From contig JAJDDJ010000002.1 of NCBI GenBank assembly GCA_029260395.1, forward strand, positions 145,155-209,154: a stretch of 64,000 nucleotides of DNA, given 5' to 3'. The translations under genes and the position numbers were made by a program. Positions 37,234 through 46,282 of this stretch are shown here, piece by piece. The DNA comes from Phycisphaerales bacterium. GTDB lineage: Bacteria; Planctomycetota; Phycisphaerae; Phycisphaerales; UBA1924. Positions within the stretch are counted from its first letter, which is position 1. Each line of letters starts with the position of its first letter. The notes beneath the pieces were generated by a model, which did not search any database, was not told the DNA's origin, and saw nothing but the letters and a program-made list of their open reading frames with translations.

Positions 37234-38331
37234 ATGCGTGAGCCCGCGCAGCCGGACGCGGAAGAACTCGGCCGGCGCGTGGCCGCCATGTGCATCGATG
37301 CGGGCTTTGACCGCGCCGGCATCGCCACGCTCGAGCCACTGGATACGGCGGGGCACCTGCAATCGTGGCTTGGCGCTGGCAAGCACGGCGAGATGGATTG
37401 GCTCGCCGACACCGCCCAAAAGCGCCTTCACCCAGGCTCGCTGCTTGAAGGAGCGACCGCGGCGGTGATGGTCGCGGACCACTACCACAGGCCCGGCGAC
37501 GCTGACGACTGTGGGGGGCCACCGATGCACGGCCGCGTTGCTCGTTACGCGCGGACGGATGACTACCACAGACGCCTCAAGAAGCGGCTCATGGCTGTCT
37601 GCGATGCGTTGAAAGCGGAGTTTCCGGGCTCGCGTTCGCGCGTGTTCGCGGATACCGCGCCCGTGGCCGAGCGCGAGCTCGCTCGGCGCGCGGGTCTTGG
37701 CTGGACCGGCAAGCACACGCTGGCGATCGATCCTGAGAACGGGAGCTGGTTCGTGCTCGGCGGGTTCCTGACCACGCTCGACGTGCGAGCGCCCGCTACC
37801 CAACCGGTGGTCACCGACCATTGCGGCACGTGCACGCGGTGCATCGATGCCTGCCCGACGGGCGCGATCTCGCCCTACTCGGTTGATGCGTCGCGGTGCG
37901 TGAGCTATCTGACCATCGAGCACGGCAGCGAGATCTCGCCGGAACTTGCCGGGGGTATCGGCGACTGGTTCGCGGGCTGTGATGTGTGCCAGGAAGTCTG
38001 CCCGCACAATCGGCCAAGAGAGTCGCTGGCTCCGCGCAGCCCAGCCGGGGCGAGGGAAGGTTTCGATCTACTCGATGTGCTCGGCTGGGACGAAGCGACC
38101 CGCAGGGCGCGGTTTGCGGGCAGCGCGCTCAAGCGGATTTCGCTTGCCCAGGCGCACCGCAACGCAGCGATCAACGTGGCCAACCTGCTGCGGTCGGGCC
38201 AGCTTGATGCAGCGCGCAAGCGCGCCCTTCGCGCAGCGATAGAACGGCTCGCGTGGAACGCGCAGGCGTCCGAACTGGCGCGGAGCACCGCTCGTCAAGC
38301 GCTCGCGATGACGGAGTCGGCAACGGGCTAG
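37234..38331 (+). CDS. queG: epoxyqueuosine reductase QueG
   Basis: Ferredoxin-type clusters CGTCTRCIDACPTGA and CDVCQEVCPHN. C-terminal HEAT-like region. Confidence 0.85.
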   Translation: MREPAQPDAEELGRRVAAMCIDAGFDRAGIATLEPLDTAGHLQSWLGAGKHGEMDWLADTAQKRLHPGSLLEGATAAVMVADHYHRPGDADDCGGPPMHGRVARYARTDDYHRRLKKRLMAVCDALKAEFPGSRSRVFADTAPVAERELARRAGLGWTGKHTLAIDPENGSWFVLGGFLTTLDVRAPATQPVVTDHCGTCTRCIDACPTGAISPYSVDASRCVSYLTIEHGSEISPELAGGIGDWFAGCDVCQEVCPHNRPRESLAPRSPAGAREGFDLLDVLGWDEATRRARFAGSALKRISLAQAHRNAAINVANLLRSGQLDAARKRALRAAIERLAWNAQASELARSTARQALAMTESATG

Positions 38332-38358
38332 GGTCCGAGGGCTTGCGCCCTCGGCTAG

Positions 38359-39927
38359 TCACGACAGTAGCTGGCGGGGGTCACTCAGCAGTTGGATGAT
38401 CTCGGCCAGCGCCAAGGCTGCGGTCGCGCCATCGACGACTCGATGGTCGCAGGCGAGGCTCATGGGCATGACCTTGGCCACCACGGCTTGCCCGTCGCGG
38501 ACCACCACGCCGTCGTACGCCTTGCCCACCGCGAGGATCGCCACCTCGGGCACGTTGATGACCGGCGTCGCGTACCGACCCGCCCGGCTGCCCACGTTGC
38601 TGATGGTGAACGTCGAGCCCATGAGACGGTCGCGTGCGATCGACCGGTCGCGGGCCGACGCGGCGGTCGACGCGATCTGCTGACCCAGCGCGAGGACATC
38701 AAGCTTGTGCGCATCGCGGATGACCGGGACCATCAGGCCCGATTCGGTATCGGTCGCGACGCCCAGATGGACCGCGCCGTGCTGAACGATCTCCTGGGCT
38801 TGCTCATCGACTCTGGCGTTGAGCGCGCCGAATCGACCGCCCCGCTCGGAAGCGAGCGCTCGGCAGACCGCTGCAGCGACGAACGGCAGGAAGGTCACCT
38901 TCTGGCCCGTCTGCGCGGTGAGCTGCTTGCGGAGCTCATCGATCGCGGTGACGTCGCACTCGTCCATCACGGTGAAGTGGACCGCGGTATCGACGCTCGA
39001 ACGCAGGCGATCCGCGATTGTTCGGCGAACGCCTCTGAACGGGATGTGCGCATCGGGCGTCGCGGTCTGCGCGGGGTCGGGTACGGGCGACATGCCCTGT
39101 GTGGGCACGAAGCCCGGCGCGTACGGCACGCCACCACCACCCCCGCCGTAGGGCATGGGCACGGGGATGTAGATCGGCATGTACGCCATCGGCATGCCCT
39201 GCATGCCCTGCATGCCCTGCATGGGCTGGGGCATCATGCCCGGCATCGCCATTGGCTGCTGAGGCATATGGCCCGGCGCGAACTGCTGCTGGGGATAGTG
39301 CTGGGGGACTTGCTGCTGGTGCTGAACAGGCATCGGTCGGCGGGTCTCGGTTGAGGGATTGCCAGCAGGCGAGACGCTTGCTCCACCAGACCCAGTGCGG
39401 GCGGAAGCACCGCCGGAGGCTGCGAACGTCTCGACATCGTTCTTTGTGACGCGTCCACCGATGCCCGAGCCGGGCACCTCATCGATGTTCACGCCCACGT
39501 CGCGGGCCATGCGCCGAACCGCGGGCGTGGCCAGCGCCTTGCCCTCGGACCGCGTCATGCCGGGGGTGTCCGCGCTCATCGCGCCGACGACCGTGCCCGC
39601 GTCTTCTTCCTTGGCGGGCGCACCATTGGAGCCCGCGTCGGACTTGGGAGCTTGCGGCGGTGCCGAGCCGTCGCCCTCGAACTCGACGAACAGCGCGCCG
39701 ACCTTGAGCGTCGTGCCTTCCTCGCCGTGGACAGCCTTGATGGTGCCGCTGCGGGGGCTGGTGACCTCGGTGAGCGCCTTGTCGGTTTCGACCTCGGCCA
39801 GCGCATCGGTCGCATTGATCGTGTCGCCCGGCTTGACGAGCCACTTGATCAGTTCGGCCTCGGTGAGGCCCTCGCCGATGTCGGGCAGGAGGAACATGTT
39901 GGGATCGGATGAGACTTTGCCAGCCAT
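38359..39927 (-). CDS. 2-oxoacid dehydrogenase E2 (dihydrolipoamide acyltransferase; lipoyl + E3-binding + catalytic domains)
   Basis: Lipoyl motif EVETDKALTEV, PSBD ATPAVRRMARDVGVNIDEVPGSG, and catalytic LSLACDHRVVDGA. Confidence 0.9.
   Translation of the reverse strand: MAGKVSSDPNMFLLPDIGEGLTEAELIKWLVKPGDTINATDALAEVETDKALTEVTSPRSGTIKAVHGEEGTTLKVGALFVEFEGDGSAPPQAPKSDAGSNGAPAKEEDAGTVVGAMSADTPGMTRSEGKALATPAVRRMARDVGVNIDEVPGSGIGGRVTKNDVETFAASGGASARTGSGGASVSPAGNPSTETRRPMPVQHQQQVPQHYPQQQFAPGHMPQQPMAMPGMMPQPMQGMQGMQGMPMAYMPIYIPVPMPYGGGGGGVPYAPGFVPTQGMSPVPDPAQTATPDAHIPFRGVRRTIADRLRSSVDTAVHFTVMDECDVTAIDELRKQLTAQTGQKVTFLPFVAAAVCRALASERGGRFGALNARVDEQAQEIVQHGAVHLGVATDTESGLMVPVIRDAHKLDVLALGQQIASTAASARDRSIARDRLMGSTFTISNVGSRAGRYATPVINVPEVAILAVGKAYDGVVVRDGQAVVAKVMPMSLACDHRVVDGATAALALAEIIQLLSDPRQLLS
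39193..39228 (-). repeat. 9-bp tandem repeat (CATGCCCTG x3 + CATGGGCTG) inside the E2 linker, encoding QGM-QGM-QGM
   Basis: Read directly from the sequence. In frame within the E2 gene. Confidence 0.85.
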
Positions 39928-39941
39928 GTTGAACCTCTAAC

Positions 39942-40916
39942 TTAGTACGCCAAACATTCGCGAACGCCCTTGCCGATCCGCTCGGCGTCGGGAAGGTAGC
40001 TCAGTTCGAGCTTGTAGTACGGCATCACGGTATCAAACCCGGTCACCCGCTGAACCGGGGCCTCCAGGTGCAGGAAGCACTGCTCCTGAATCCTTGCGGA
40101 GAGTTCGGCGCCCAGGCCGCAGGTCAGCGGGGCCTCGTGGACGATAACGCACCGGCCGGTTTTCTCGACGCTGCGGGCGACCGCGTCCATGTCGAACGGG
40201 TAGATGCTGCGGAGGTCGATCAGTTCGATCGAGACATCGTCGGGCAGGTGGTCCATCGCTTCGAGCGCCTGGAACACGCTCGCGCCCCAGGTGACGAGCG
40301 TGAGGTCGTCGCCCTCGCTGACGAGCTTCGCCTCGCCGATGGGGATGGTGTAGTCGCCCTCGGGGACTTCTTCCTTGAAGCTGCGATAGACGCGCTTGGG
40401 CTCGAAGAAGATGACGGGATCAGGATCGCGGATCGCGCTGAGCAAGAGGCCCTTGGCGTCGTAGGGCGTGCATGGCATCACGATCTTGAGCCCGGGCGTG
40501 TGGGCGTAGATGGCCTCGGGGCTGTCGGAGTGCAGCTCGGGGGCGTGGATGCCGCCGCCCACGGGCACGCGGACGGTCAGCGGGATGGGAATCGCGCCTC
40601 GCGTCCGGTTGCGGTAGCGGGCGCCGTGGTTGACGAGCTGGTCGTACGCGGGTCCAAGGAAGCCCTCGAACTGGATCTCGGGGATGGGCCGCATATCGGC
40701 CATGGCGAGACCGATAGCGACACCCATGATGCCGGATTCATCCAGCGGGGTGTTCTGCACGCGGTGGCCGCCGTGCTTGGCGGCGAGTCCCTCGGTGACG
40801 CGGAACACGCCGCCGTTGGCACCGACGTCCTCACCGAGACAGACGACGCGGCTGTCGCGTGTCATCTCCTGGTCGAGGGCCTGGTTGATCGCTTGTACGA
40901 GGTTGAGTTCTGGCAT
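39942..40916 (-). CDS. 2-oxoacid dehydrogenase E1 component beta subunit
   Basis: Transketolase-like pyrimidine-binding and C-terminal domains (VCLGEDVG..GGVFRVT, NTPLDESGIMGVAIG). Confidence 0.9.
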   Translation of the reverse strand: MPELNLVQAINQALDQEMTRDSRVVCLGEDVGANGGVFRVTEGLAAKHGGHRVQNTPLDESGIMGVAIGLAMADMRPIPEIQFEGFLGPAYDQLVNHGARYRNRTRGAIPIPLTVRVPVGGGIHAPELHSDSPEAIYAHTPGLKIVMPCTPYDAKGLLLSAIRDPDPVIFFEPKRVYRSFKEEVPEGDYTIPIGEAKLVSEGDDLTLVTWGASVFQALEAMDHLPDDVSIELIDLRSIYPFDMDAVARSVEKTGRCVIVHEAPLTCGLGAELSARIQEQCFLHLEAPVQRVTGFDTVMPYYKLELSYLPDAERIGKGVRECLAY

Positions 40917-40931
40917 GGTTCTTTCGTCTTA

Positions 40932-41192
40932 TTAGATCACACCCGCAGCGAGCAGGGTGAGCATCTCGGTCTGGTCGGCGGCATCGGGCGACTCGGCTGG
41001 CAGGGCATCGACGATCGGCATGGCGGAGTTGACCACGTCGGCCACCTTGTCCATCGGGTGCTCGACGAACACTGCGTGGTTCTGGCCCGCGACCCAGATC
41101 TCGGTCTTGCCCTTGCGGTCACGCAGCAGCCGGACGTACGTCGGGTTGATCCACCGCTCGGTTCCTTTGTGGTCGCGGACCTTGAACAGCAT
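40932..41192 (-). CDS. 86-aa hypothetical protein inserted between E1 alpha and E1 beta
   Basis: GC3-rich ORF. ATG lies 3 nt after the E1-alpha stop, and its stop lies 15 nt before the E1-beta ATG. No family recognised with confidence. Confidence 0.6.
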   Translation of the reverse strand: MLFKVRDHKGTERWINPTYVRLLRDRKGKTEIWVAGQNHAVFVEHPMDKVADVVNSAMPIVDALPAESPDAADQTEMLTLLAAGVI

Positions 41193-41195
41193 GGG

Positions 41196-42335
41196 TTACA
41201 CCCGCTCCGCTTGTGCGCGCAGGCCGGCCTGCTCGGGGTTCTGGCCGATCGAACTGGTACGCATGGTGTCACGCTGCCTGCGGAGGTCGCCCGGAATCTC
41301 GGCGAACATGTGGTCGAAGAACTGGTCGGTGGTGGGAGCGTCGATGCCGTCGGCAGCGGCGACGATCTCGCTCGTGATGGTCGCGGCTCGCTCGTCGAGC
41401 TTGGCCTGGGTCTTATCGTCCCACACCTTGCGCATCTCGAGGTACATGCGGGTGCGGATGAGCGGGTCGCGGCCGAGCCACGCCTCGACCTCGGCCGGGT
41501 CGCGGTAACGCTTGGCATCGTCGGCCGTGGTGTGGTCGGCAAGGCGGTACGTCACGCCCTCGATGAAGCTCGGGCCTTCGCCCGCGACCGCACGCTCGCG
41601 GGCCTGCTTGGTGGCGAGGTAGGTCGCGAAGATGTCGTTGCCGTCGACGCGGACAGTCGGCATCTCGTAGGCGAGGGCCTTCTGAGCCACGGTCTTGGAG
41701 GCCATCTGCTGGCTGCGCGGCACGCTGATCGCCCATTGGTTGTTCTGGCAGTAGAACACGACGGGCACCTTGAGCGTGCTCGCGAAGTTCATCGCGCCGT
41801 GGAAGTCGCCTTCGCTGGTTGCGCCATCACCAAAGTACGTGATCGCGGCGCGATCCTTCTCGCCCCGCAGCTTGAACGCCCACGCGATGCCCGTCGCGTG
41901 CATCATGTGCGTGCCGATCGGCACGCTCAGCGGCGTGACGTTGACGCCCTCGGGGATCTGGTTGCCGCGCTCGTCGCCCATCCAGTGCAGCAGGATCATG
42001 TGGTAAGGCAGGCCATGCATGAACATCGCCGCGTTCTCGCGGTAGCAAGGCACGACCCAGTCGTTGCCCTTCTTCATGGCCAGCGCCGAGCCCACCGCGT
42101 TGGCCTCCTGGCCCTTGTTCTGCGGGTAGGTGCCCATGCGGCCCGACCGCTGGAGCTTGTAGGCGGTTTCGTCGAGCTTGCGACAGATCGACATTTGCTC
42201 GTAGAGATGAATGACCTCTTCATCGGAGAGGATCGGCTTGCCGCCGGGCGCGCCGAGGGCTTTGTCGAACTTGCCGTGCTCATCGAGTATCGAGATGTGC
42301 TCGATCTTCGCTTCGTAAGCGGTGGTAACGGGCAT
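41196..42335 (-). CDS. 2-oxoacid dehydrogenase E1 component alpha subunit (TPP-dependent)
   Basis: TPP-binding region YFGDGATSEGDFHGAMNFASTLKVPVVFYCQNNQWAIS. ATG 42335. Confidence 0.9.
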   Translation of the reverse strand: MPVTTAYEAKIEHISILDEHGKFDKALGAPGGKPILSDEEVIHLYEQMSICRKLDETAYKLQRSGRMGTYPQNKGQEANAVGSALAMKKGNDWVVPCYRENAAMFMHGLPYHMILLHWMGDERGNQIPEGVNVTPLSVPIGTHMMHATGIAWAFKLRGEKDRAAITYFGDGATSEGDFHGAMNFASTLKVPVVFYCQNNQWAISVPRSQQMASKTVAQKALAYEMPTVRVDGNDIFATYLATKQARERAVAGEGPSFIEGVTYRLADHTTADDAKRYRDPAEVEAWLGRDPLIRTRMYLEMRKVWDDKTQAKLDERAATITSEIVAAADGIDAPTTDQFFDHMFAEIPGDLRRQRDTMRTSSIGQNPEQAGLRAQAERV

Positions 42336-42413
42336 GGGTCTTCTCCGGCCGGTGCGTTCAATCAGCACCGCGGTCGGCGTGATCGGGCTGGTTGCTAACA
42401 AACTCTCAGACGT

Positions 42414-44363
42414 TCAGCGATACTGCGCTGGATGGGCCTCGTCCGCGACGTAAGGCTCGCCGTGGCCCGGGAACTGACGCACGCCGTTCTGACGCGGGAC
42501 TCGGCCCTTGCCCTTGAATTCGGTGGGCGTCTGCTCGGGGATGATGAAGTCGCTCGCGGGCAGCGTGTCGCTGTGCGCCAAGGCGGCCTCGGCTGCGGCG
42601 AACAGCGAGTCGTCCGCGTGGTAGTACAGCTCGCGGATGTTGCGGTCGATCTCGAGCTCGGCCAGGTCAAAGAAGTGCAGGGCCGCGGCCTTGTCGCGTG
42701 CGAACTCGGGCCCGCCGTTGTCGCCGTGGTGGCGGATGTCGCGGTCGAGCTTGCTGAGCGTGCAGGTCCAGGCGTGCAGCCAGATGGCATTGAGCGCGAG
42801 GCGGCTCTGGGGGATCTGACGCGCGACGAGCGCCGCGTCGTATCGTTTACTGGTCTGCTTGAACTGGTAGGTGTGCTCACTGATGAGTCTGGCGAGCCGC
42901 TGGGCGTGGGGGCGCAGGCTCTCGTGGACCCTGTCGATCGCGGGCGGCTTGCGACGGATGCCGCCGAACACTTCGATCGCGAGCGGGATGGCCTGCTTGA
43001 GGAAGCTGGGCTTCATCTTGGTGGTGACGGGGGCCTCGCGGATGCCGAGCATCCACTCGCCGAGCTGCTTGCCGCCGTAGGCAAAGATGAACGACCACAT
43101 GAGATCGTTGGAGCCCTCGACGATGGTGTTGATGCGAGAGTCGCGGAAGATGCGGTCGATCTCGTTCTCGGTCATGTACGACTCGCCGCCCATAATCTGA
43201 ACCGCGTCGTTGACCGCCCGCCAGCCCATCTCGGAGCAGAACACCTTGCACATGGCCGTCTCGACCATGATGTCCTTGTCGCCCCGGTCGAGCATGCCGG
43301 TGGTCATGTAGAGCACCGCGTCCATGGCGTAAGTCATGGCGGCCATGTGGGCGATGCGCTGCTTGACGAGGTCCTTGTCGCTGAGTGGGTCGCCGAACTG
43401 GTAGCGGGTCTGGCTCCACTTGATGGCCTGGTCCATCGCTCGCTTCGCCCCGCCCGTCATGCCGGCGCTGAGCGTGCACCGGCCGTAGTTCAGGCAGGTC
43501 AGCGCGACGTTGAGGCCCCGGCCTTCCTTGTGCAGAAGGTTCTCCTTGGGCACATGGACATTGGTCAGCTTGATCCGGGCCTGCCAGGTGCCGCGGATGC
43601 CGCACTTGGAGCGGTTCTTCTGGAAGATGTCCACGCCCTCCATGTCGGGCGTGCAGACGAGGGCCGTGACCTTCTCTTTGCCGTCTTCCATCGTTTGCTT
43701 GCACATCACGGTGAAAATGCTTGCGAGCGCGGCCGAGGTGGACCACTTCTTCTCACCGTTGAGGATGAAATCGCCCTCGGGAGTCTTCTCGCAGTGTGTT
43801 TCCTGGCCGCCGGCATCGCAGCCCACGTTGGGCTCGCTGAGGCAGAACGCGCTAAGGCGTTCGCGTGCGACGATCGGCAGCCACCGCTGCTTCTGCTCGT
43901 CGTTGCCGAACAGCATGATGGCCTTGCACCCGATGGACTGGTGGGCGCTGACCATGACCGCCGTCGAGCCGCAGTAGCGGCCGATCATCTCGAGCACACG
44001 GTTGTAGCTGGTGATTCCGAACCCCAGGCCGCCAAAGTCGGTCGGTACCGTGCAGCCCAGCGCGCCCATCTTGAACAGCCGATCGATGCACCACTGCGGG
44101 ATCTCTTCGAGCTGGTCGATCATGATCGACGGGTGCTCGTTCTTGAGGTAGTCCTCAAGCTCGGCGAGCAGCTGGTCGCACCGCGCGGTTTCGTCGGTGG
44201 GGGTTTCCGGGTACGGCAGCACAAGATCCTCGCGGAACCGCCCCCAGAACAGGTTCTTCGCGAAGCCCATCTCCGAGGGCTCTGGCCCCATCAGCGTCTC
44301 GGCTTCTGCGATCAATGCGCGGTCTTTTTCCGACACGCCCTTCATCGACTTGAGGTCTGCCAT
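42414..44363 (-). CDS. long-form acyl-CoA dehydrogenase (about 650 aa, with C-terminal extension domain)
   Basis: ACAD N, middle and C-terminal domain motifs (AFCLSEPNVGCDAGG, GGESYM..E..RIFRDSRINTIVEGSN), plus a about 200-aa C-terminal extension. Confidence 0.9.
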   Translation of the reverse strand: MADLKSMKGVSEKDRALIAEAETLMGPEPSEMGFAKNLFWGRFREDLVLPYPETPTDETARCDQLLAELEDYLKNEHPSIMIDQLEEIPQWCIDRLFKMGALGCTVPTDFGGLGFGITSYNRVLEMIGRYCGSTAVMVSAHQSIGCKAIMLFGNDEQKQRWLPIVARERLSAFCLSEPNVGCDAGGQETHCEKTPEGDFILNGEKKWSTSAALASIFTVMCKQTMEDGKEKVTALVCTPDMEGVDIFQKNRSKCGIRGTWQARIKLTNVHVPKENLLHKEGRGLNVALTCLNYGRCTLSAGMTGGAKRAMDQAIKWSQTRYQFGDPLSDKDLVKQRIAHMAAMTYAMDAVLYMTTGMLDRGDKDIMVETAMCKVFCSEMGWRAVNDAVQIMGGESYMTENEIDRIFRDSRINTIVEGSNDLMWSFIFAYGGKQLGEWMLGIREAPVTTKMKPSFLKQAIPLAIEVFGGIRRKPPAIDRVHESLRPHAQRLARLISEHTYQFKQTSKRYDAALVARQIPQSRLALNAIWLHAWTCTLSKLDRDIRHHGDNGGPEFARDKAAALHFFDLAELEIDRNIRELYYHADDSLFAAAEAALAHSDTLPASDFIIPEQTPTEFKGKGRVPRQNGVRQFPGHGEPYVADEAHPAQYR

Positions 44364-44469
44364 CGGTTCGCTCCCTCGTGCTCGCGGTCGCCGGTCATCG
44401 GCGCGCCTGGTTCATGTTCTGTCGTCGGTCGTTGCGGCCGGCCCCGGGGCGCGGTCCGCTTGAGTCTTG

Positions 44470-45375
44470 TCAGCCCTTGGACTTGGCAAAGAACGCCTCG
44501 ATCGCGGCTTTCGCATCGTCGGTGTGACGAAGCGCCACGAGCCTTCTTCGCTCTTCGGCCAGCGCCTCGTGCCAGCCGTGCTGGAGGCCCGCACGCACAC
44601 TCGCTGCCACTGCTGCGGCTGGCTGCGTTGACGCATCCAGCGCGTCAACAGCTGCTTGAGCAGCCTGCTTCACATCGTCGCGCCCGATCCACCGCGACGG
44701 CGCACCGTCGCGAGCCGGGCACTGCATCGCTTCCAGCCTTTGGGCAGCGGTCTGTAGGAGCTCGGTTGGCTCATCGGTCCAGGCATCAAAGAGGTCCGCG
44801 TCCCTGGCATCATCGACCTTCATGGGCCTGCCGAGGGCGGTCTGCTGCATCGCCGAGGCCGAGTCGATACGCGCGGGCAGCATGTTCGTCCCACCCCATC
44901 CCGGGCACAGTCCGAGCCCCGCTTCGGGCAAGCCGATCGGGTAGGGCTTGACGGCCGGGCAGCCCACGAGCAAATCGCAGTGCATCGCGAGTTCGAGCCC
45001 TCCGCCGAGCGTGGCCCCGTGGATCGCTGCGGCGGTAGGAAAGGGCAGTTGGCTCAGCCTGCCAAACACATCCTGCCCTCGCGCTAGGTAGGCATCGAGG
45101 TCGCCGTCGTTCATCTTGAGAATGCTTTTGAGGTCCGCCCCCGCGACGAACGCCCGGGGCGCATCGGAGGCCAGGATCAGGCCAGTGGTGCCCTCGGGCA
45201 GCGCGTCGAGCGTGGCATCGAGCCGATCGATCAACTCGGCATCGAGCACCACGACAGGCCGAAGGCCATCGGGGCCGTGCTGGGCGAGCCGGAGCACGAC
45301 GATGCTCGAATCAGGCCCGGCGGCAACAGGATCGAGGGCGAAGGGTGTGGTCATGGAACAGGCCGTCAGCGACAT
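44470..45375 (-). CDS. enoyl-CoA hydratase/isomerase (crotonase) family protein with C-terminal extension
   Basis: AFVAGADLKS and HGATLGGGLELAMHCD oxyanion-hole motifs. Confidence 0.8.
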   Translation of the reverse strand: MSLTACSMTTPFALDPVAAGPDSSIVVLRLAQHGPDGLRPVVVLDAELIDRLDATLDALPEGTTGLILASDAPRAFVAGADLKSILKMNDGDLDAYLARGQDVFGRLSQLPFPTAAAIHGATLGGGLELAMHCDLLVGCPAVKPYPIGLPEAGLGLCPGWGGTNMLPARIDSASAMQQTALGRPMKVDDARDADLFDAWTDEPTELLQTAAQRLEAMQCPARDGAPSRWIGRDDVKQAAQAAVDALDASTQPAAAVAASVRAGLQHGWHEALAEERRRLVALRHTDDAKAAIEAFFAKSKG

Positions 45376-45382
45376 CAGGCCT

Positions 45383-45432
45383 GCCTATCAGCAGGCCAAA
45401 ATAGAGTGGGTGAAAAACATCGGATGATAGGC
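45383..45432 (-). promoter_or_regulatory. 8-bp inverted repeat (GCCTATCA ... TGATAGGC) bracketing an AT-rich 34-nt spacer just upstream of the crotonase gene start
   Basis: Read directly from the sequence. Lies in the 151-nt gap between two crotonase genes, 8 nt upstream of the start codon at 45375. Confidence 0.25.
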
Positions 45433-45526
45433 TGAGCCGTGGCAAAAACCGAGTTCTGGCCCTCTTGACGGCCTCAAACGCCTGTTCAAACAGTTGAGCA
45501 ATGCGTCCGATCTTGGCTCTGGCGGG

Positions 45527-46282
45527 TCACCCGCCGAATCGGGCCTTGAGCCGCTGCTGTGCATCCTGGCTTGCGAGCACGCTTGCTGACAGTTCAGCGC
45601 CGCGAACGAGGTCCGCGTCCTGGTCCGACCCATCGAGTTCATTGAGCAACTGCTTGGTCGCGCGGAGCGCTCCAGGGCCAGCCGCCTTGAGCGATTCGAC
45701 GAGCTTCTCGGCTGCTTCGTCGAGGCGGTGGGAGGTCGGCAGCGACCTCGTCACCAGCCCGATTTCAGCGGCCCTCGCGCCCGTAACCGTGCCGCCCGCC
45801 AGCAAGAGCTGACGCGCGGGACCGGCCCCGAGCCTTCGTACCACCCACGGGGCGACCACGGCCGGGCAGAGACCAAGGTCCACCTCCGGGAAGCCGAGCA
45901 CCGCGTCGTCATGGGTGAGCGCAAAGTCGCACACGCACGCGAAGCCGCACCCGCCCCCGATCGCGGCACCCTTTACCACGCCGACAACCGCCATCGGCAG
46001 CGTGCGCACGCGGTGTGTCAGCTTGCCCAGCGAGCTGAGCAGTTCGTGACCGGCTTTGGCATCGCCCATCACCTGCTTGAGGTCCATGCCCGCGCAGAAG
46101 CTCTTGCCCGCTCCAGTGATGGTGAGCACGTGGACATCGCCGAGTTTCTCGAGTTCGTCAATCTTCGCGTGCAACGCACTGAGCAGGTCGAGGCTGAACG
46201 CGTTGCGTTTGTCGCCGCGGTTGAGCGTGAGCGTGGCGCAGCAGCCGTCTACATCGAGCAGGGCGAGCTGGTCGGTCGTCAT
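45527..46282 (-). CDS. enoyl-CoA hydratase family protein (possible methylglutaconyl-CoA hydratase)
   Basis: GAGKSFCAGMDLK and GAAIGGGCGFACVCDF motifs. Context next to HMG-CoA lyase. Confidence 0.8.
   Translation of the reverse strand: MTTDQLALLDVDGCCATLTLNRGDKRNAFSLDLLSALHAKIDELEKLGDVHVLTITGAGKSFCAGMDLKQVMGDAKAGHELLSSLGKLTHRVRTLPMAVVGVVKGAAIGGGCGFACVCDFALTHDDAVLGFPEVDLGLCPAVVAPWVVRRLGAGPARQLLLAGGTVTGARAAEIGLVTRSLPTSHRLDEAAEKLVESLKAAGPGALRATKQLLNELDGSDQDADLVRGAELSASVLASQDAQQRLKARFGG

Noticed and set aside
40068-42398. 776-aa plus-strand ORF
   Set aside because: Antisense shadow of the E1-beta, 86-aa and E1-alpha genes. Its Asp/Gly/Arg/His-rich low-complexity translation is typical of the wrong strand of a high-GC gene, while the minus strand encodes proteins with clear TPP-enzyme motifs.
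42432-44951. 839-aa plus-strand ORF
   Set aside because: Antisense shadow of the acyl-CoA dehydrogenase and crotonase genes. No recognisable motifs and an Arg/Ala/Gly-rich composition.
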